Source: a virus
Taxonomy: Duplodnaviria; Caudoviricetes
Virus record (IMG/VR): IMGVR_UViG_3300027690_000121
Coordinates: 1-42,935 of that record
Direction: 5' to 3' (one strand)
DNA length: 42,935 nucleotides
Numbering within the stretch: position 1 is the first letter of the stretch; each line of letters begins with the position of its first letter. The notes under the pieces were generated by a model, which was not told the origin of the DNA, did not search any database, and saw nothing but the letters and a program-made list of their open reading frames with translations. This document shows, one piece after another, positions 34,777 through 42,935 of this stretch. Both the position numbers and the translations under genes were made by a program.

Positions 34777-34917
34777 TCAGCTCCTGATCATCGCCGCCAC
34801 GGCGATCCCGAAAACGAGGGACGCCACAACCGTCACGCCGGCATCGAACAGAATCCCGCACCATCCGCACGGCTCCCCGTACGCCCAGATCCCCAATTTC
34901 ATCGCCAGATAAAGCAT
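34777..34917 (-). CDS. Small membrane protein (46 aa)
   Basis: MLYLAMKLGIWAYGEPCGWCGILFDAGVTVVASLVFGIAVAAMIRS; TGATG coupling with upstream gene. Confidence 0.5.
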   Translation of the reverse strand: MLYLAMKLGIWAYGEPCGWCGILFDAGVTVVASLVFGIAVAAMIRS

Positions 34918-35174
34918 CACGCCCTCCTCAGTTCCTCCCATAGATCGGGATTTTTAGCATTGCAAATATGGCGGCGATCGAATGGCGTGAAGCAAATAGC
35001 CTCGGCTCCATCTAGATCAACAAACGCATGGACATATTGTCCAGTATATGAGAGCAGTGACGCGCTCTCATATCTACGCCCTTGTAAGCGAATGGAACCA
35101 TCCTCGGCTACTTTTCGGAATGCCGCATTATTTACAGCCTCGCTAAACGATTCAAAATCCATATAGTTTTCCAT
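34917..35174 (-). CDS. Stand-alone Mu-transposase C-terminal-like domain protein (85 aa)
   Basis: RKV..DG.IRLQGRRY...L..Y.GQ.V...D......ICNA resembles the Mu-transposase C-terminal beta-barrel; low GC; GAGGAGG SD. Confidence 0.55.
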   Translation of the reverse strand: MENYMDFESFSEAVNNAAFRKVAEDGSIRLQGRRYESASLLSYTGQYVHAFVDLDGAEAICFTPFDRRHICNAKNPDLWEELRRA

Positions 35175-35184
35175 TGTGGCCTCC

Positions 35185-35733
35185 TCACTCCATCTTCTTC
35201 CCCACCATGCCCGCCAGGCTCTCGATTCCCTGGCGGCGCTTCCACTCCTCCGCGCTCATGGTGCCCTCGGCCTCTTCGTGGCGTTTCATGAGGTTGCGCT
35301 GTCGGCTCTCCTCCCGTGTCTTCTCCTCCTTCGCCGTCATCCCTTCCGCGGAGACCCGCTCGGCCTCCCCCATGAGCACCTTCTTCAGGTAGTTATGGTT
35401 CTGGAGCGCCGTTTTTCCCAGGGTGCACACGGTGTTCAGCCCCGCGCGGATCCGCGCGGGGTCCGTGCGGTACCGCTTCTGGTCGTACTCGAACTCGCAC
35501 TTTTCCCAGAGCTTGACGACCTCCGTAAGCAGCGCCACCCGCCGCTTGAGCGTGATCTTCCCGCCCGGGGTCTGCCGGAAGCAGTCCACGTATTCGTTGG
35601 CGATGACCCAGGCCGGCCCCAGGCGGGCGGCCAGTTCCGCCCGCTCGTGGAAAAGCTCGGCCATCTCCACCATGTCGAGATCGAAGGTCCGGTTACAGTA
35701 GGGACACGTGAGCTTACTCATGTGCTCCTCCAA
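35185..35733 (-). CDS. Hypothetical protein with N-terminal CPYC (about 180 aa)
   Basis: Co-oriented ORF; likely start MSKLTCPYC after GGAGGAG. Confidence 0.7.
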   Translation of the reverse strand: MEEHMSKLTCPYCNRTFDLDMVEMAELFHERAELAARLGPAWVIANEYVDCFRQTPGGKITLKRRVALLTEVVKLWEKCEFEYDQKRYRTDPARIRAGLNTVCTLGKTALQNHNYLKKVLMGEAERVSAEGMTAKEEKTREESRQRNLMKRHEEAEGTMSAEEWKRRQGIESLAGMVGKKME

Positions 35734-35902
35734 ATAAAGGAGATCTGGCGATCCTCCCCGGGGGGGGCGATTTCAGATCCGAGAGCGGCACCACCCACCC
35801 CCGCAGATATACCGTGACCGGGCTCCCGCATCTGGGGCAGGCCCCGGCGCCCTTGAACACCTCCTCGCAATCCATGCAGAGCTTCGCCTCCCTAAGCGTC
35901 AT
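35714..35902 (-). CDS. Small zinc-ribbon protein (62 aa)
   Basis: CMDC...CPRCGS. Confidence 0.65.
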   Translation of the reverse strand: MTLREAKLCMDCEEVFKGAGACPRCGSPVTVYLRGWVVPLSDLKSPPPGRIARSPLFGGAHE

Positions 35903-36650
35903 GGCGCACCTCCTTCAGCCCCCGCACGATGTAGTAGAGCGCCTGGTGCTCCACGGTCCGGATGTTCACCCGGGCCTGCTCCGCGAGCTCGTCCGCCACC
36001 TCCGGGTAGCCCCCCAGGTCGATCACCAGCCCGAAGGGCTCGATGGCGGCCGGGATCCCCACGGGGGGCTCGGGCGCCATGTTCGCATCTCTCACTTGCT
36101 GCTCCAGCTCCTCCATCTTTTTTTGCGTGCGGAGCCGGTGTGCTCTCACCTGAGCGGCTTTGCACGCCTTGCATCTCCGCTCGTAATACTTGCCCCGGAT
36201 CATGCCGAACTCCGTGAGCGGCTTCTCCTTGCCGCACTTCCTGCAAAGCTGCATCCCAGGTTTTTCCTGCCTCTGTTCTCGGTTCTCCGGCTTCCCGTGT
36301 CGGCGTTTTTTTTGCCTCTCGGATGCGGCATTGTTCCGGCACTTCTTACACACGCTGTCATGCCCGTCCTCGCAGCCCGGCGACTTGTAAAACTCCTCCA
36401 TCCTCTTCTCCTCGCCGCAGAAGCGGCACACCTTGCTTTTCTTCTCCTCCATCGTCTCCCCCCTTGTGTTTCGGTTTTCCCTGCCCTGGGCGCAGTCCAC
36501 GCACTCCAAATACTTCACGGACGGGATCCCGCCATAACCCGGCCATGCCATCGTCTTCTGCCGCGCGATGCAAGTTTCGATCGGCATCCGGCACCGGAAC
36601 CGCTCGCAGGTGAAATAGTCCGGCCCTCCCAGGATCTCCTCCGCCGTCAT
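35892..36650 (-). CDS. Multi-CxxC zinc-finger protein (about 252 aa)
   Basis: CRFC..K..EEF...CKKC and CRKC..KPL.EF...CKAC repeats; TGATG coupling at 36648-36652. Confidence 0.65.
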   Translation of the reverse strand: MTAEEILGGPDYFTCERFRCRMPIETCIARQKTMAWPGYGGIPSVKYLECVDCAQGRENRNTRGETMEEKKSKVCRFCGEEKRMEEFYKSPGCEDGHDSVCKKCRNNAASERQKKRRHGKPENREQRQEKPGMQLCRKCGKEKPLTEFGMIRGKYYERRCKACKAAQVRAHRLRTQKKMEELEQQVRDANMAPEPPVGIPAAIEPFGLVIDLGGYPEVADELAEQARVNIRTVEHQALYYIVRGLKEVRHDA

Positions 36651-36874
36651 CACCAGAGGTTCTGCTGCAACCATGTCACCGCCTCCTCGTAGGCCTCCTC
36701 GTAGCCGTCCCCGATCCTGCGATAGAGCGCCCGCTTCATCTGGGCCGGGAGCTCGTTGTAGCACCGCCAGCAAAAGGAATGCCCCGGCTTTTTCTCCCCC
36801 TCGCAGAGGCAACCGTTACTCATGCGCGTCTCGAAATAGAACCGATTGTCCTTCCTGGCGATCTCGTCTTTCAT
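36650..36874 (-). CDS. Small Cys-rich protein (74 aa)
   Basis: CLC...K..GHSFC.RC...LP motif; GGAGG SD. Confidence 0.65.
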   Translation of the reverse strand: MKDEIARKDNRFYFETRMSNGCLCEGEKKPGHSFCWRCYNELPAQMKRALYRRIGDGYEEAYEEAVTWLQQNLW

Positions 36875-37052
36875 AGAGCCCTCCGAACGATTCGATCCAC
36901 TGGTTCACCGCGGCCCGGATCTCCTCTTTGCCCTGCGCCTCCGTGAGCCTCTCCACCAGCTCGTCGTCCTCAGGCCTGGGCGCGATCCTCCGCACCTCCT
37001 CAACGAGCCGCTCCCTCTGCCGCTCCTTCTTCTGCTTGTTTCGTTTCCCCAT
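36816..37052 (-). CDS. Hypothetical protein (78 aa)
   Basis: GGAGG SD; co-oriented. Confidence 0.5.
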   Translation of the reverse strand: MGKRNKQKKERQRERLVEEVRRIAPRPEDDELVERLTEAQGKEEIRAAVNQWIESFGGLYERRDRQEGQSVLFRDAHE

Positions 37053-37515
37053 CGCCTCCCCCGTAGCGCTCGCAAAGACGCATGAAGTATTTCACCGACT
37101 TGCGGAGCCCCGTGCGCACCGATTCCCGATAGTGGCCCGCCGTCTCCGGATGGAGCGGCCTGATTCTCCGGGCGTGAAAGAGCAGCGCCATCATGACCCC
37201 CCTCGGCGCGGACCAGACCATGTGGTTTTCGACCACAATCCCGTAGTGGTGCACCCAGCAATCCCTCACCGCCTCCTCGAAGGTGCACTCCACCACCATC
37301 TTGTCGGTCCAGTAGATGCTCGGCTTCCCCGGATCCCGGAATCCGAAAAAAGCGATCATGTCCCGATCCCCGTTCCAGACGCTCGGGTGGTTGAGCCTCC
37401 CGTCCTTGCCGAGGCCCCCGTGAGTCCTGAGTTTGATTCCCGCGACGGGTTTGAGGATCTCCCGCGCCTCGGGCAAAAGCTCGTATAAATCGAAATCCAA
37501 CCCGTCACACCACAT
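37000..37515 (-). CDS. Hypothetical protein (171 aa)
   Basis: GGAGGAG SD; co-oriented. Confidence 0.6.
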   Translation of the reverse strand: MWCDGLDFDLYELLPEAREILKPVAGIKLRTHGGLGKDGRLNHPSVWNGDRDMIAFFGFRDPGKPSIYWTDKMVVECTFEEAVRDCWVHHYGIVVENHMVWSAPRGVMMALLFHARRIRPLHPETAGHYRESVRTGLRKSVKYFMRLCERYGGGDGETKQAEEGAAEGAAR

Positions 37516-37819
37516 CGCACAACTCCTCCCATTTTCTCTTCTGCATCCGGATCTCCGCCTCCATCCGGAGCGCCTCCCGGTGCTCCGCGCAGATCCCGTG
37601 GCTATGCTCCGTCTCGCTCCAGTTCACCACGTTTTTCCGTCCCTCAGCCAGGCACCATGCGCAGTAAACCGGGAATTTCCCGGGCCCCACCAGCTCCTCG
37701 ACGGCCCGATCCAGGTGTTTTACATGCTCCCGGATCCGGTCGTAGCGCGGATGCCTTTTGAGCATCTCCACCTGCTCCCGCAGCCAGGCCGCCGTCTTTA
37801 GCCTCTCCTCCCTGGTCAT
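37505..37819 (-). CDS. Hypothetical protein with CAWC...SHGIC motif (104 aa)
   Basis: ATGA overlap, SD, metal-binding-like motif. Confidence 0.65.
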   Translation of the reverse strand: MTREERLKTAAWLREQVEMLKRHPRYDRIREHVKHLDRAVEELVGPGKFPVYCAWCLAEGRKNVVNWSETEHSHGICAEHREALRMEAEIRMQKRKWEELCDVV

Positions 37820-38229
37820 GACTCCTCCTTCCAGTCCGGGGTCTCCGGTCCCGGATCCTCCACCAGCTTCCAGCAGCCGCGCTCATAGCGGAGATGGCCC
37901 TGTTTTCTCCAACCGGTGAAATACTCGTGGAGGGTGTGGATGCTCGCCCCGGAGAGCCGCTCGATCTCCCGTGCGGTGAATTGCCGGTGGCTCCGGATGA
38001 GGTGCCACACGATGTCGAGCACCCGGCGCTTCCGTTTTGGAGCGTATTCATAGATCCCGCGCCGGATCGATCGGAGATCTCCGATCTTTTTGAGATCCTT
38101 GATGGCGCATCGCACTTGCTCCGCTTCGGCGTAAGTTTGGGCGCCCATCTCGTTCAGAAGCTCCGGCCTGGTGAAGCATCCAAGCCTCGAAGCCGCCTCC
38201 CTCACCCGCTTGGTGATCCCTCTTCTCAT
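37816..38229 (-). CDS. Tandem winged-HTH-like protein (137 aa)
   Basis: Two FT..E(L/I) helical units; follows the MuB-like gene. Confidence 0.65.
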   Translation of the reverse strand: MRRGITKRVREAASRLGCFTRPELLNEMGAQTYAEAEQVRCAIKDLKKIGDLRSIRRGIYEYAPKRKRRVLDIVWHLIRSHRQFTAREIERLSGASIHTLHEYFTGWRKQGHLRYERGCWKLVEDPGPETPDWKEES

Positions 38230-38930
38230 GCGCCGTTCCCCCGGAGTCCCTGCTTGATGGCGATCTTCACGGTGTCGTCCGTCACCTGGTCGAGTTTATT
38301 CACCTCAACCAGCTCCTCGATCCGCCGCACATCCCTGGAGACCAGGCGAAAGTCCCCCTCGGAGGCCTCCCGGAGCATCTCCGCCTGTCCGGCGCTCAAT
38401 TTGAGCTCAGCGGCCTGCCGGGCGAAGAAGAGGATGTCCTGGCTGGTGATGGGGCCGAATTCCACCGAGCGGAGAGTCCGGCTCCAGACCCTTCTCTCCC
38501 GCTGCATCTTGTGGACGATGAGCTTTTCGCCCACGAGCGCAAAGGGCACCTGGGTCAAGTCCGCCAGGTCCCGGACCACGTCCAGGGCGTTCTGGGTCAT
38601 CTTGTCCGCCTCGTCGATCAGGACCGAGCGCGGACTCCTGGAGAGCGCGTAGACGATCGCCTCAAAGGCGTGCTTTTTCCTTCCCGGAATCGGGTCCACC
38701 CGGAGCTCGAAGCAGAGATCCTGCAGCATCCAGAGCTCCGTCCAGAGCCTCTTTGCCCTACAGTAGGTCCAGTCCTCCTGGGCCGCGAAAAACCTTGCCG
38801 TGGAGGTCTTCCCCCGTCCCGCCTGGCCGTGGAAGACCAGCAGCACCGGCTCTCCCACAGTCTTTTCCGCCTCTTTCATGGCGGAGATGAAATTCTTGAC
38901 ATTCTGAGTATGGACAAAGACGTTTTTCAT
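38226..38930 (-). CDS. MuB-like AAA+ transposition ATPase (234 aa)
   Basis: GQAGRGKT Walker A, VLIDEAD Walker B; ATGA overlap with the transposase. Confidence 0.9.
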   Translation of the reverse strand: MKNVFVHTQNVKNFISAMKEAEKTVGEPVLLVFHGQAGRGKTSTARFFAAQEDWTYCRAKRLWTELWMLQDLCFELRVDPIPGRKKHAFEAIVYALSRSPRSVLIDEADKMTQNALDVVRDLADLTQVPFALVGEKLIVHKMQRERRVWSRTLRSVEFGPITSQDILFFARQAAELKLSAGQAEMLREASEGDFRLVSRDVRRIEELVEVNKLDQVTDDTVKIAIKQGLRGNGA

Positions 38931-41002
38931 GCCTTCCCTTCCTCCTCTCCCGCGAGCCACAGCTCGCGGAGGAACTCGAAGCGCTCCCGGAGGCTCGCGT
39001 AAAGCGCGGTCCCCTCGAAGTAGCGCATGAATCTCATGTCCTCCAGGGTGAGCTCCCCGCCCCGGCATTCCCGCTCAAGGAGCGCCTCGTAGCGGTCCGG
39101 CTCCGTCATGTAGACCGGGTCCGCCTTCTTGGGCCGAAGCTCCAGCACCTTCATCTTCGCCGCCGCCTCCTCGATCCGCTCGGCCTCCACGGGAGTGAGC
39201 CCGATCACCTTTCTCCCCGTGGGAGCGGTTTCGAGCCTCGCGGATCTCTCGGGCAGTTCCACAAGCTGCGGGGCCTCGGCCACGTACGCCCGCCCTTCGA
39301 GCTCCGTCCTCCTTTTGAGCGCCCGCTTCCTCCTGATCTGCTCCTTCACCTCGGCCAGGTCCTCTTTATTCCCCCCGATCCTGGCGATGGGGTGGACCTT
39401 CTTCACCGCCTCCGCCTCGCAAATGAGCCTCGCCCCGGTCTCATCATAGACGAGCACCCGGGACAAATCCTCATAGTCGTAGCGCACGGTGACCCGGCAC
39501 TTGAGCCCGTAGAGCGCATCATCATAATAATGACGACCCAGGAGATTCACTCCGTTTCGTCCCACCTGGTCGATCTTCATCCCCATCATCAAATGCCGGA
39601 GCGCCCCCTCGTCCACTCCCGGCCCCCGGCCCGACTCGAAGAGATCCTCCGGCCGGAGCCCCCGGAGCCCCTTGTGCTCCCTGGCCGCGTACTCCTCCAC
39701 CCAACCAGCGATGATGCGGTTCGTCTCCTCGATGGTCGGCACCCAGCCGCCGTACTTCTTCTCGTGGATCGCCTTGTGGAGCCGTTCGTTCCGGAGAAGG
39801 TGGGCGGGCTTCTCCTGGATGGAGAAGCCCGTGTAGGTGGGAAGAAGCCGTTCGAGCTCCCCGAAGGTGCCGAAGAAGCGCTCGACCGGCTTGGATTGGG
39901 CGTTATAGGGCCAGGCGAAAATGGTCTCGATCCCGAGGCGGGCGAACATGCCGTAAAAGCCCGCCTCCTCGAAGTCCACATCCCGGCTCGTGAAAACCTT
40001 GGCCTTGAAAGCTTTGCCGTTGTCGAGGTAGGCGACGCGCGGCATCTTGCCCAGCGTGAGAATCGCCCGCCGGAGTCCCGCCGCCACGCACTGGACGTCC
40101 TCGGTGGGCATGATCTCCCATCCCGCCGGCATCCGGCTCGCCCAGTCGTACCAGAGGACCATCGCCGGCCGGCAAGGCTTGCCCGTGAAAGGATGGAGCA
40201 CCTGGAAGTTGAGCATGTGCCCGTCGGCCACCAGGACCTCGCCCACTTCCAGGAGCCCCGCGTCCCGGTCGAGGTAGGGGAGGCACTTGTCCACCAGGGC
40301 CTTCTCTCCCTCCCGGCACCAGATCCAGCGGTCGTAGTTCGTCCGGATCCAATCGTCCAGGGACCTGCGCAAGGTATCGATGGAGGAGGGCGACTCGATC
40401 CCGCGCTTCTCCAGCGCGAGCTTCGCCAGCCTCACCACCTCTGCTTTCCGGAGACGGTTCGGATGCAAGCCGAAGCTGAGCATGGTGTTGAACTCCTCCT
40501 CGGTCACCTTCCGCTGCCCCTTTCGGTTTCCCCACTGCGGGGCGAGCACCGCGTAGTCATAGCCCGATTCCCGGTACTCCTTGAGCCACGCCTCGACGGT
40601 CTGGCGCGCCGTCTTTCCGACTACCTTGTAGACTTTGGGCAGGAGATGACCGGTGTTATACCCGGCGATAAAAACCCCGGTCGCCTCCATCACGGATTTC
40701 TTCGCCGCCTTGGCCTTCCTCTTCTCCTCCACGTAGGCGCGCAGGAGGTCGGCCCTGGCGAGCGCGATCTCGTTCTGCCAGTCGGCGAGATCAGGCGATC
40801 CCACCGGGATTCTCACCGGCGCCGGCGCCGGAAGGGTGCCGGCCGTGAGCGCGATCCGCACGTCCTGGGGCAGCGTGTCCACTTTGTACTTTCGATCCCC
40901 CCGCCCGTTCGTGGCTTCGTAGGGCCACGCTTCTTTGAGCGCACGTTTGTTCACCGCGCGCTTACTCACTCCCATCGCCGTCGCAATCTCCGCCGCCGTC
41001 AT
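38927..41002 (-). CDS. MuA-like DDE transposase (691 aa)
   Basis: N-terminal Mu HTH (MTAAEIA...KRA.KE.W); VADGH, YLDNGKAF, SKPVERFF catalytic DDE; C-terminal beta-barrel. Confidence 0.95.
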   Translation of the reverse strand: MTAAEIATAMGVSKRAVNKRALKEAWPYEATNGRGDRKYKVDTLPQDVRIALTAGTLPAPAPVRIPVGSPDLADWQNEIALARADLLRAYVEEKRKAKAAKKSVMEATGVFIAGYNTGHLLPKVYKVVGKTARQTVEAWLKEYRESGYDYAVLAPQWGNRKGQRKVTEEEFNTMLSFGLHPNRLRKAEVVRLAKLALEKRGIESPSSIDTLRRSLDDWIRTNYDRWIWCREGEKALVDKCLPYLDRDAGLLEVGEVLVADGHMLNFQVLHPFTGKPCRPAMVLWYDWASRMPAGWEIMPTEDVQCVAAGLRRAILTLGKMPRVAYLDNGKAFKAKVFTSRDVDFEEAGFYGMFARLGIETIFAWPYNAQSKPVERFFGTFGELERLLPTYTGFSIQEKPAHLLRNERLHKAIHEKKYGGWVPTIEETNRIIAGWVEEYAAREHKGLRGLRPEDLFESGRGPGVDEGALRHLMMGMKIDQVGRNGVNLLGRHYYDDALYGLKCRVTVRYDYEDLSRVLVYDETGARLICEAEAVKKVHPIARIGGNKEDLAEVKEQIRRKRALKRRTELEGRAYVAEAPQLVELPERSARLETAPTGRKVIGLTPVEAERIEEAAAKMKVLELRPKKADPVYMTEPDRYEALLERECRGGELTLEDMRFMRYFEGTALYASLRERFEFLRELWLAGEEEGKA

Positions 41003-41280
41003 GACTCGCTCCTGTCCAGCTTCCTTGGGATGCACCAGTAAAGCTCCCCCAGCTCGCGATGGATCGCCTCCTTCACCCTCCGGCTTTCTCGTCTCCCGGC
41101 CACTACCAGTGAGATGGTGACTCGGCCGACCGGCGGATCCAGGGTTCTTCCGATCGCCGCAAACGACATCGATTCGCCTCGACTGGTTTTTACTCCCGCA
41201 GCCTGGAGCGAAATCATTCTCTTTTTCACAATCGCGGCGGTCTCTTTTCGCCACCGTTCCATCTTCACATCTTTCTTCAT
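40999..41280 (-). CDS. Ner/Cro-like DNA-binding protein (93 aa)
   Basis: SFAAIGR....R.TISLVV.GRRES.RV..AI..ELG HTH pattern directly before the transposase. Confidence 0.65.
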   Translation of the reverse strand: MKKDVKMERWRKETAAIVKKRMISLQAAGVKTSRGESMSFAAIGRTLDPPVGRVTISLVVAGRRESRRVKEAIHRELGELYWCIPRKLDRSES

Positions 41281-41681
41281 GATTCCAGCGCCTCCAGCGC
41301 GATCCTCGCCTGTTTCGAGGCCCGGCGCTTGGCAAGCTCGGCCTTCCCCCACCGGAGGATCCGCACTTGCTCCTGGTCCAGGATCTCCCACTCCAGGGGT
41401 TTCACCATCGCCTCGATGGGACCCGTATCCCCGGTCACGAAGCAGAAAATCGTCAACCAGGCCGGCGAGGGCAGCCTGCCCGGGTCCGAGTCCTTCGCCC
41501 AGTTGTCCAGGGTCTGTCTCGAAATCGTCTGCCGCATTCCTTCCCGGACCGCGACCTCGTTCATCCGGTCCGCCACTTCGTCCCTGGAGTGATGCACGCC
41601 GGAGAGAGCGATTCGGATCCTTCTTTTGATCTCGTAGGTGGGATTGAGGGAATGAGTGTTGAAAAGATTTTGTTGTTTCAT
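41277..41681 (-). CDS. Phage regulatory HTH protein, CII-like (134 aa)
   Basis: SRDEVADRM...IS..TLDNW.......P....L..FC.VTG pattern. Confidence 0.65.
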   Translation of the reverse strand: MKQQNLFNTHSLNPTYEIKRRIRIALSGVHHSRDEVADRMNEVAVREGMRQTISRQTLDNWAKDSDPGRLPSPAWLTIFCFVTGDTGPIEAMVKPLEWEILDQEQVRILRWGKAELAKRRASKQARIALEALES

Positions 41682-41872
41682 CTCACCTTTACCTCCGCCC
41701 AGATAACCGCAACGTCGTCTTCCACCTCGCCGAGCATGATCCTCTCCAGGAACCCGTCCGGCATCTCTTGCATCGGAATCCAAATCTGCCAGGGTTCCAG
41801 TTTTCCGGATTCCATCGCCCGATTCAGCCTCTCTCTCACCCGTGCCCTTTTCTCTTTCGTAGATCGTTCCAT
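41678..41872 (-). CDS. Hypothetical protein (64 aa), first early gene
   Basis: ATGA overlap with next gene; downstream of the predicted promoter. Confidence 0.45.
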   Translation of the reverse strand: MERSTKEKRARVRERLNRAMESGKLEPWQIWIPMQEMPDGFLERIMLGEVEDDVAVIWAEVKVR

Positions 41873-41949
41873 GACCGTCCGAAAAATTTCTAAAATGAAC
41901 GTTGCGTTTAGGCTAACGTTTGTGTAAGCATGAGGCTAACGTGTTAGCT

Positions 41950-41979
41950 AGTATATGCTGCTTTTTTCGGTTATGTCAA
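41950..41979 (-). promoter_or_regulatory. Early (Pe-like) sigma70 promoter
   Basis: TTGACA (41979-41974), 18 nt spacer, TATACT (41955-41950). Confidence 0.7.
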
Positions 41980-41988
41980 CAAAAAATC

Positions 41989-42114
41989 GGTTCCCAGTCT
42001 CTTTTTTTTGATTTTTTTATATGCTACCGAAATCATTATTAAAACATACGCAAACGCTGGTTCCCAGTCTGGTTCCCGATCCGACCGCGTCAAAATGGCG
42101 CGACCGGGAACCGA
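41989..42114. promoter_or_regulatory. Candidate repressor operator repeats GGTTCCC(A/G)
   Basis: ggttcccagtct at about 41989 and 42059, ggttcccgat at about 42071, inverted cgggaaccga at about 42105. Confidence 0.5.
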
Positions 42115-42140
42115 ATTCATGGCAAGATCGGTATTGAAAA

Positions 42141-42935
42141 ATGCCTATCGGAGACCGAATAAAGAAGATCAGAACCGACAAAGGGAATCTTAGCCAGAAA
42201 GAGTTCGCTTTAAAAATCGGTACTGCGGCGAGCACCGTGCAACGATATGAGCAAGTTAATGCCCACCCCAAGGGAGACATCCTACAACGCATTCATGATG
42301 TCTTCGGGGTTAGCATCGACTGGCTTCTGACCGGGAAGGGTGCGCCCTACGAGGAACCGCAATATGCGCAGCCTCCCCGCAAGGAATTCGCCACGCATGA
42401 GGGGACGGGCCTGTACGGCAGGACCAGGATGCACGAGGTGGAAGGGAGGAGGTTCGCCGTCACGGAGTTCGGCGCCGGAGAGCAGTCCGCCGAGCCCTCC
42501 GATGCTAACGCTCGAATTGAAAAGGAAGAGGAAACCGTCAGCCTGGGCTCGGCCGTGGAGATCCTCGCCGAGCTTCTTTCATCAAAAAACGAGGAAGTCC
42601 TGCACGCGGTAATCGCCAATCTGCGGGCATTTAAGAACCTGGTGCGGCTGGAAGGAGAAAAGAACAGCATCGCTTTTGAAATGACGCTTCTCCGCACCGA
42701 AATCGCCTCGTTGCGGAAAGAGGTGGAAACCCTCCGCATGGAGCGGGACGAATTCAAAATCAAGCAAGAAAAACTCGAATATATCGAGCGTCAAATGGAG
42801 AGAATCATTAAGATTTTTCTGGAAGAAGCCAGGCCGACACCTGAAGAGCATCGATCCTTTTTCCGAAAGCTCGGGGAGGTAATCGACGGCGATCGCCTCC
42901 TCCGCGAAGCCAAAAAACCCCCGCACTCCCCGTGA
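42141..42935 (+). CDS. CI-like XRE-family repressor (264 aa)
   Basis: IGDRIKKIR...LSQKEFA.KIG...STVQRYE...P......I...FGVSIDWLLTGKG; divergent from the early operon; coiled-coil C-terminus. Confidence 0.88.
   Translation: MPIGDRIKKIRTDKGNLSQKEFALKIGTAASTVQRYEQVNAHPKGDILQRIHDVFGVSIDWLLTGKGAPYEEPQYAQPPRKEFATHEGTGLYGRTRMHEVEGRRFAVTEFGAGEQSAEPSDANARIEKEEETVSLGSAVEILAELLSSKNEEVLHAVIANLRAFKNLVRLEGEKNSIAFEMTLLRTEIASLRKEVETLRMERDEFKIKQEKLEYIERQMERIIKIFLEEARPTPEEHRSFFRKLGEVIDGDRLLREAKKPPHSP

Larger units (their letters stand above)
1..42935. mobile_element. Mu-like transposable prophage with non-contractile tail (ends not in window)
   Basis: Repressor / Ner-like / DDE transposase / AAA ATPase / GemA / Com / lysis / terminase / portal / MuF / capsid / tail genes in Mu-like order; no integrase or tail sheath seen. 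Confidence 0.95.

Noticed and set aside
41003-41335. 802-aa transposase start given by the ORF track
   Set aside because: The extension overlaps the Ner-like gene; the Mu HTH begins at ATG 41002 with ATGA coupling
1-42935. Mu terminal TG...CA ends, tRNA or rRNA genes
   Set aside because: Window begins and ends at stop codons of genes; no end repeats, cloverleaf or rRNA-like sequence recognised

Overview
This window is a near-complete Mu-like transposable prophage, cut at gene boundaries so no Mu ends are visible. It has a non-contractile (sipho-type) tail and is GC-rich. The host is probably a diderm, possibly a Deltaproteobacterium/Desulfobacterota; this is an inference only. Reading right to left: a CI-like repressor on the + strand, divergent from a - strand early operon (Ner-like, MuA DDE transposase, MuB-like ATPase, small accessory genes, ASCH, GemA, Com-like). 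Next come a structured late leader and a lysis block (M15 endolysin, an exported ClpP-like protease, holin). The head block follows: terminase, portal, MuF, and a ChaB-protease-capsid fusion. The tail block comprises the tube, frameshifted chaperones, tape measure, hub with beta-helix, and an Mtd-like fibre. Two things stand out. (1) The MuF minor head gene stops at NCG-UGA, exactly where the second Cys of the MuF N-C-x-C motif is expected. A SECIS-like hairpin follows, and the frame continues into an HExxH metallopeptidase, with a small candidate immunity gene behind it. This is a candidate selenocysteine-gated MuF toxin. (2) A ~8.8 kb block between the capsid and head-tail adaptor genes encodes an O-antigen-ligase/O-oligosaccharyltransferase-like membrane enzyme and eight signal-peptide-bearing proteins, several resembling virion decoration or fibre proteins. 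This is a candidate system for exported, disulfide-bonded, glycosylated capsid appendages. All family assignments are from motif recognition by eye; no searches were run.
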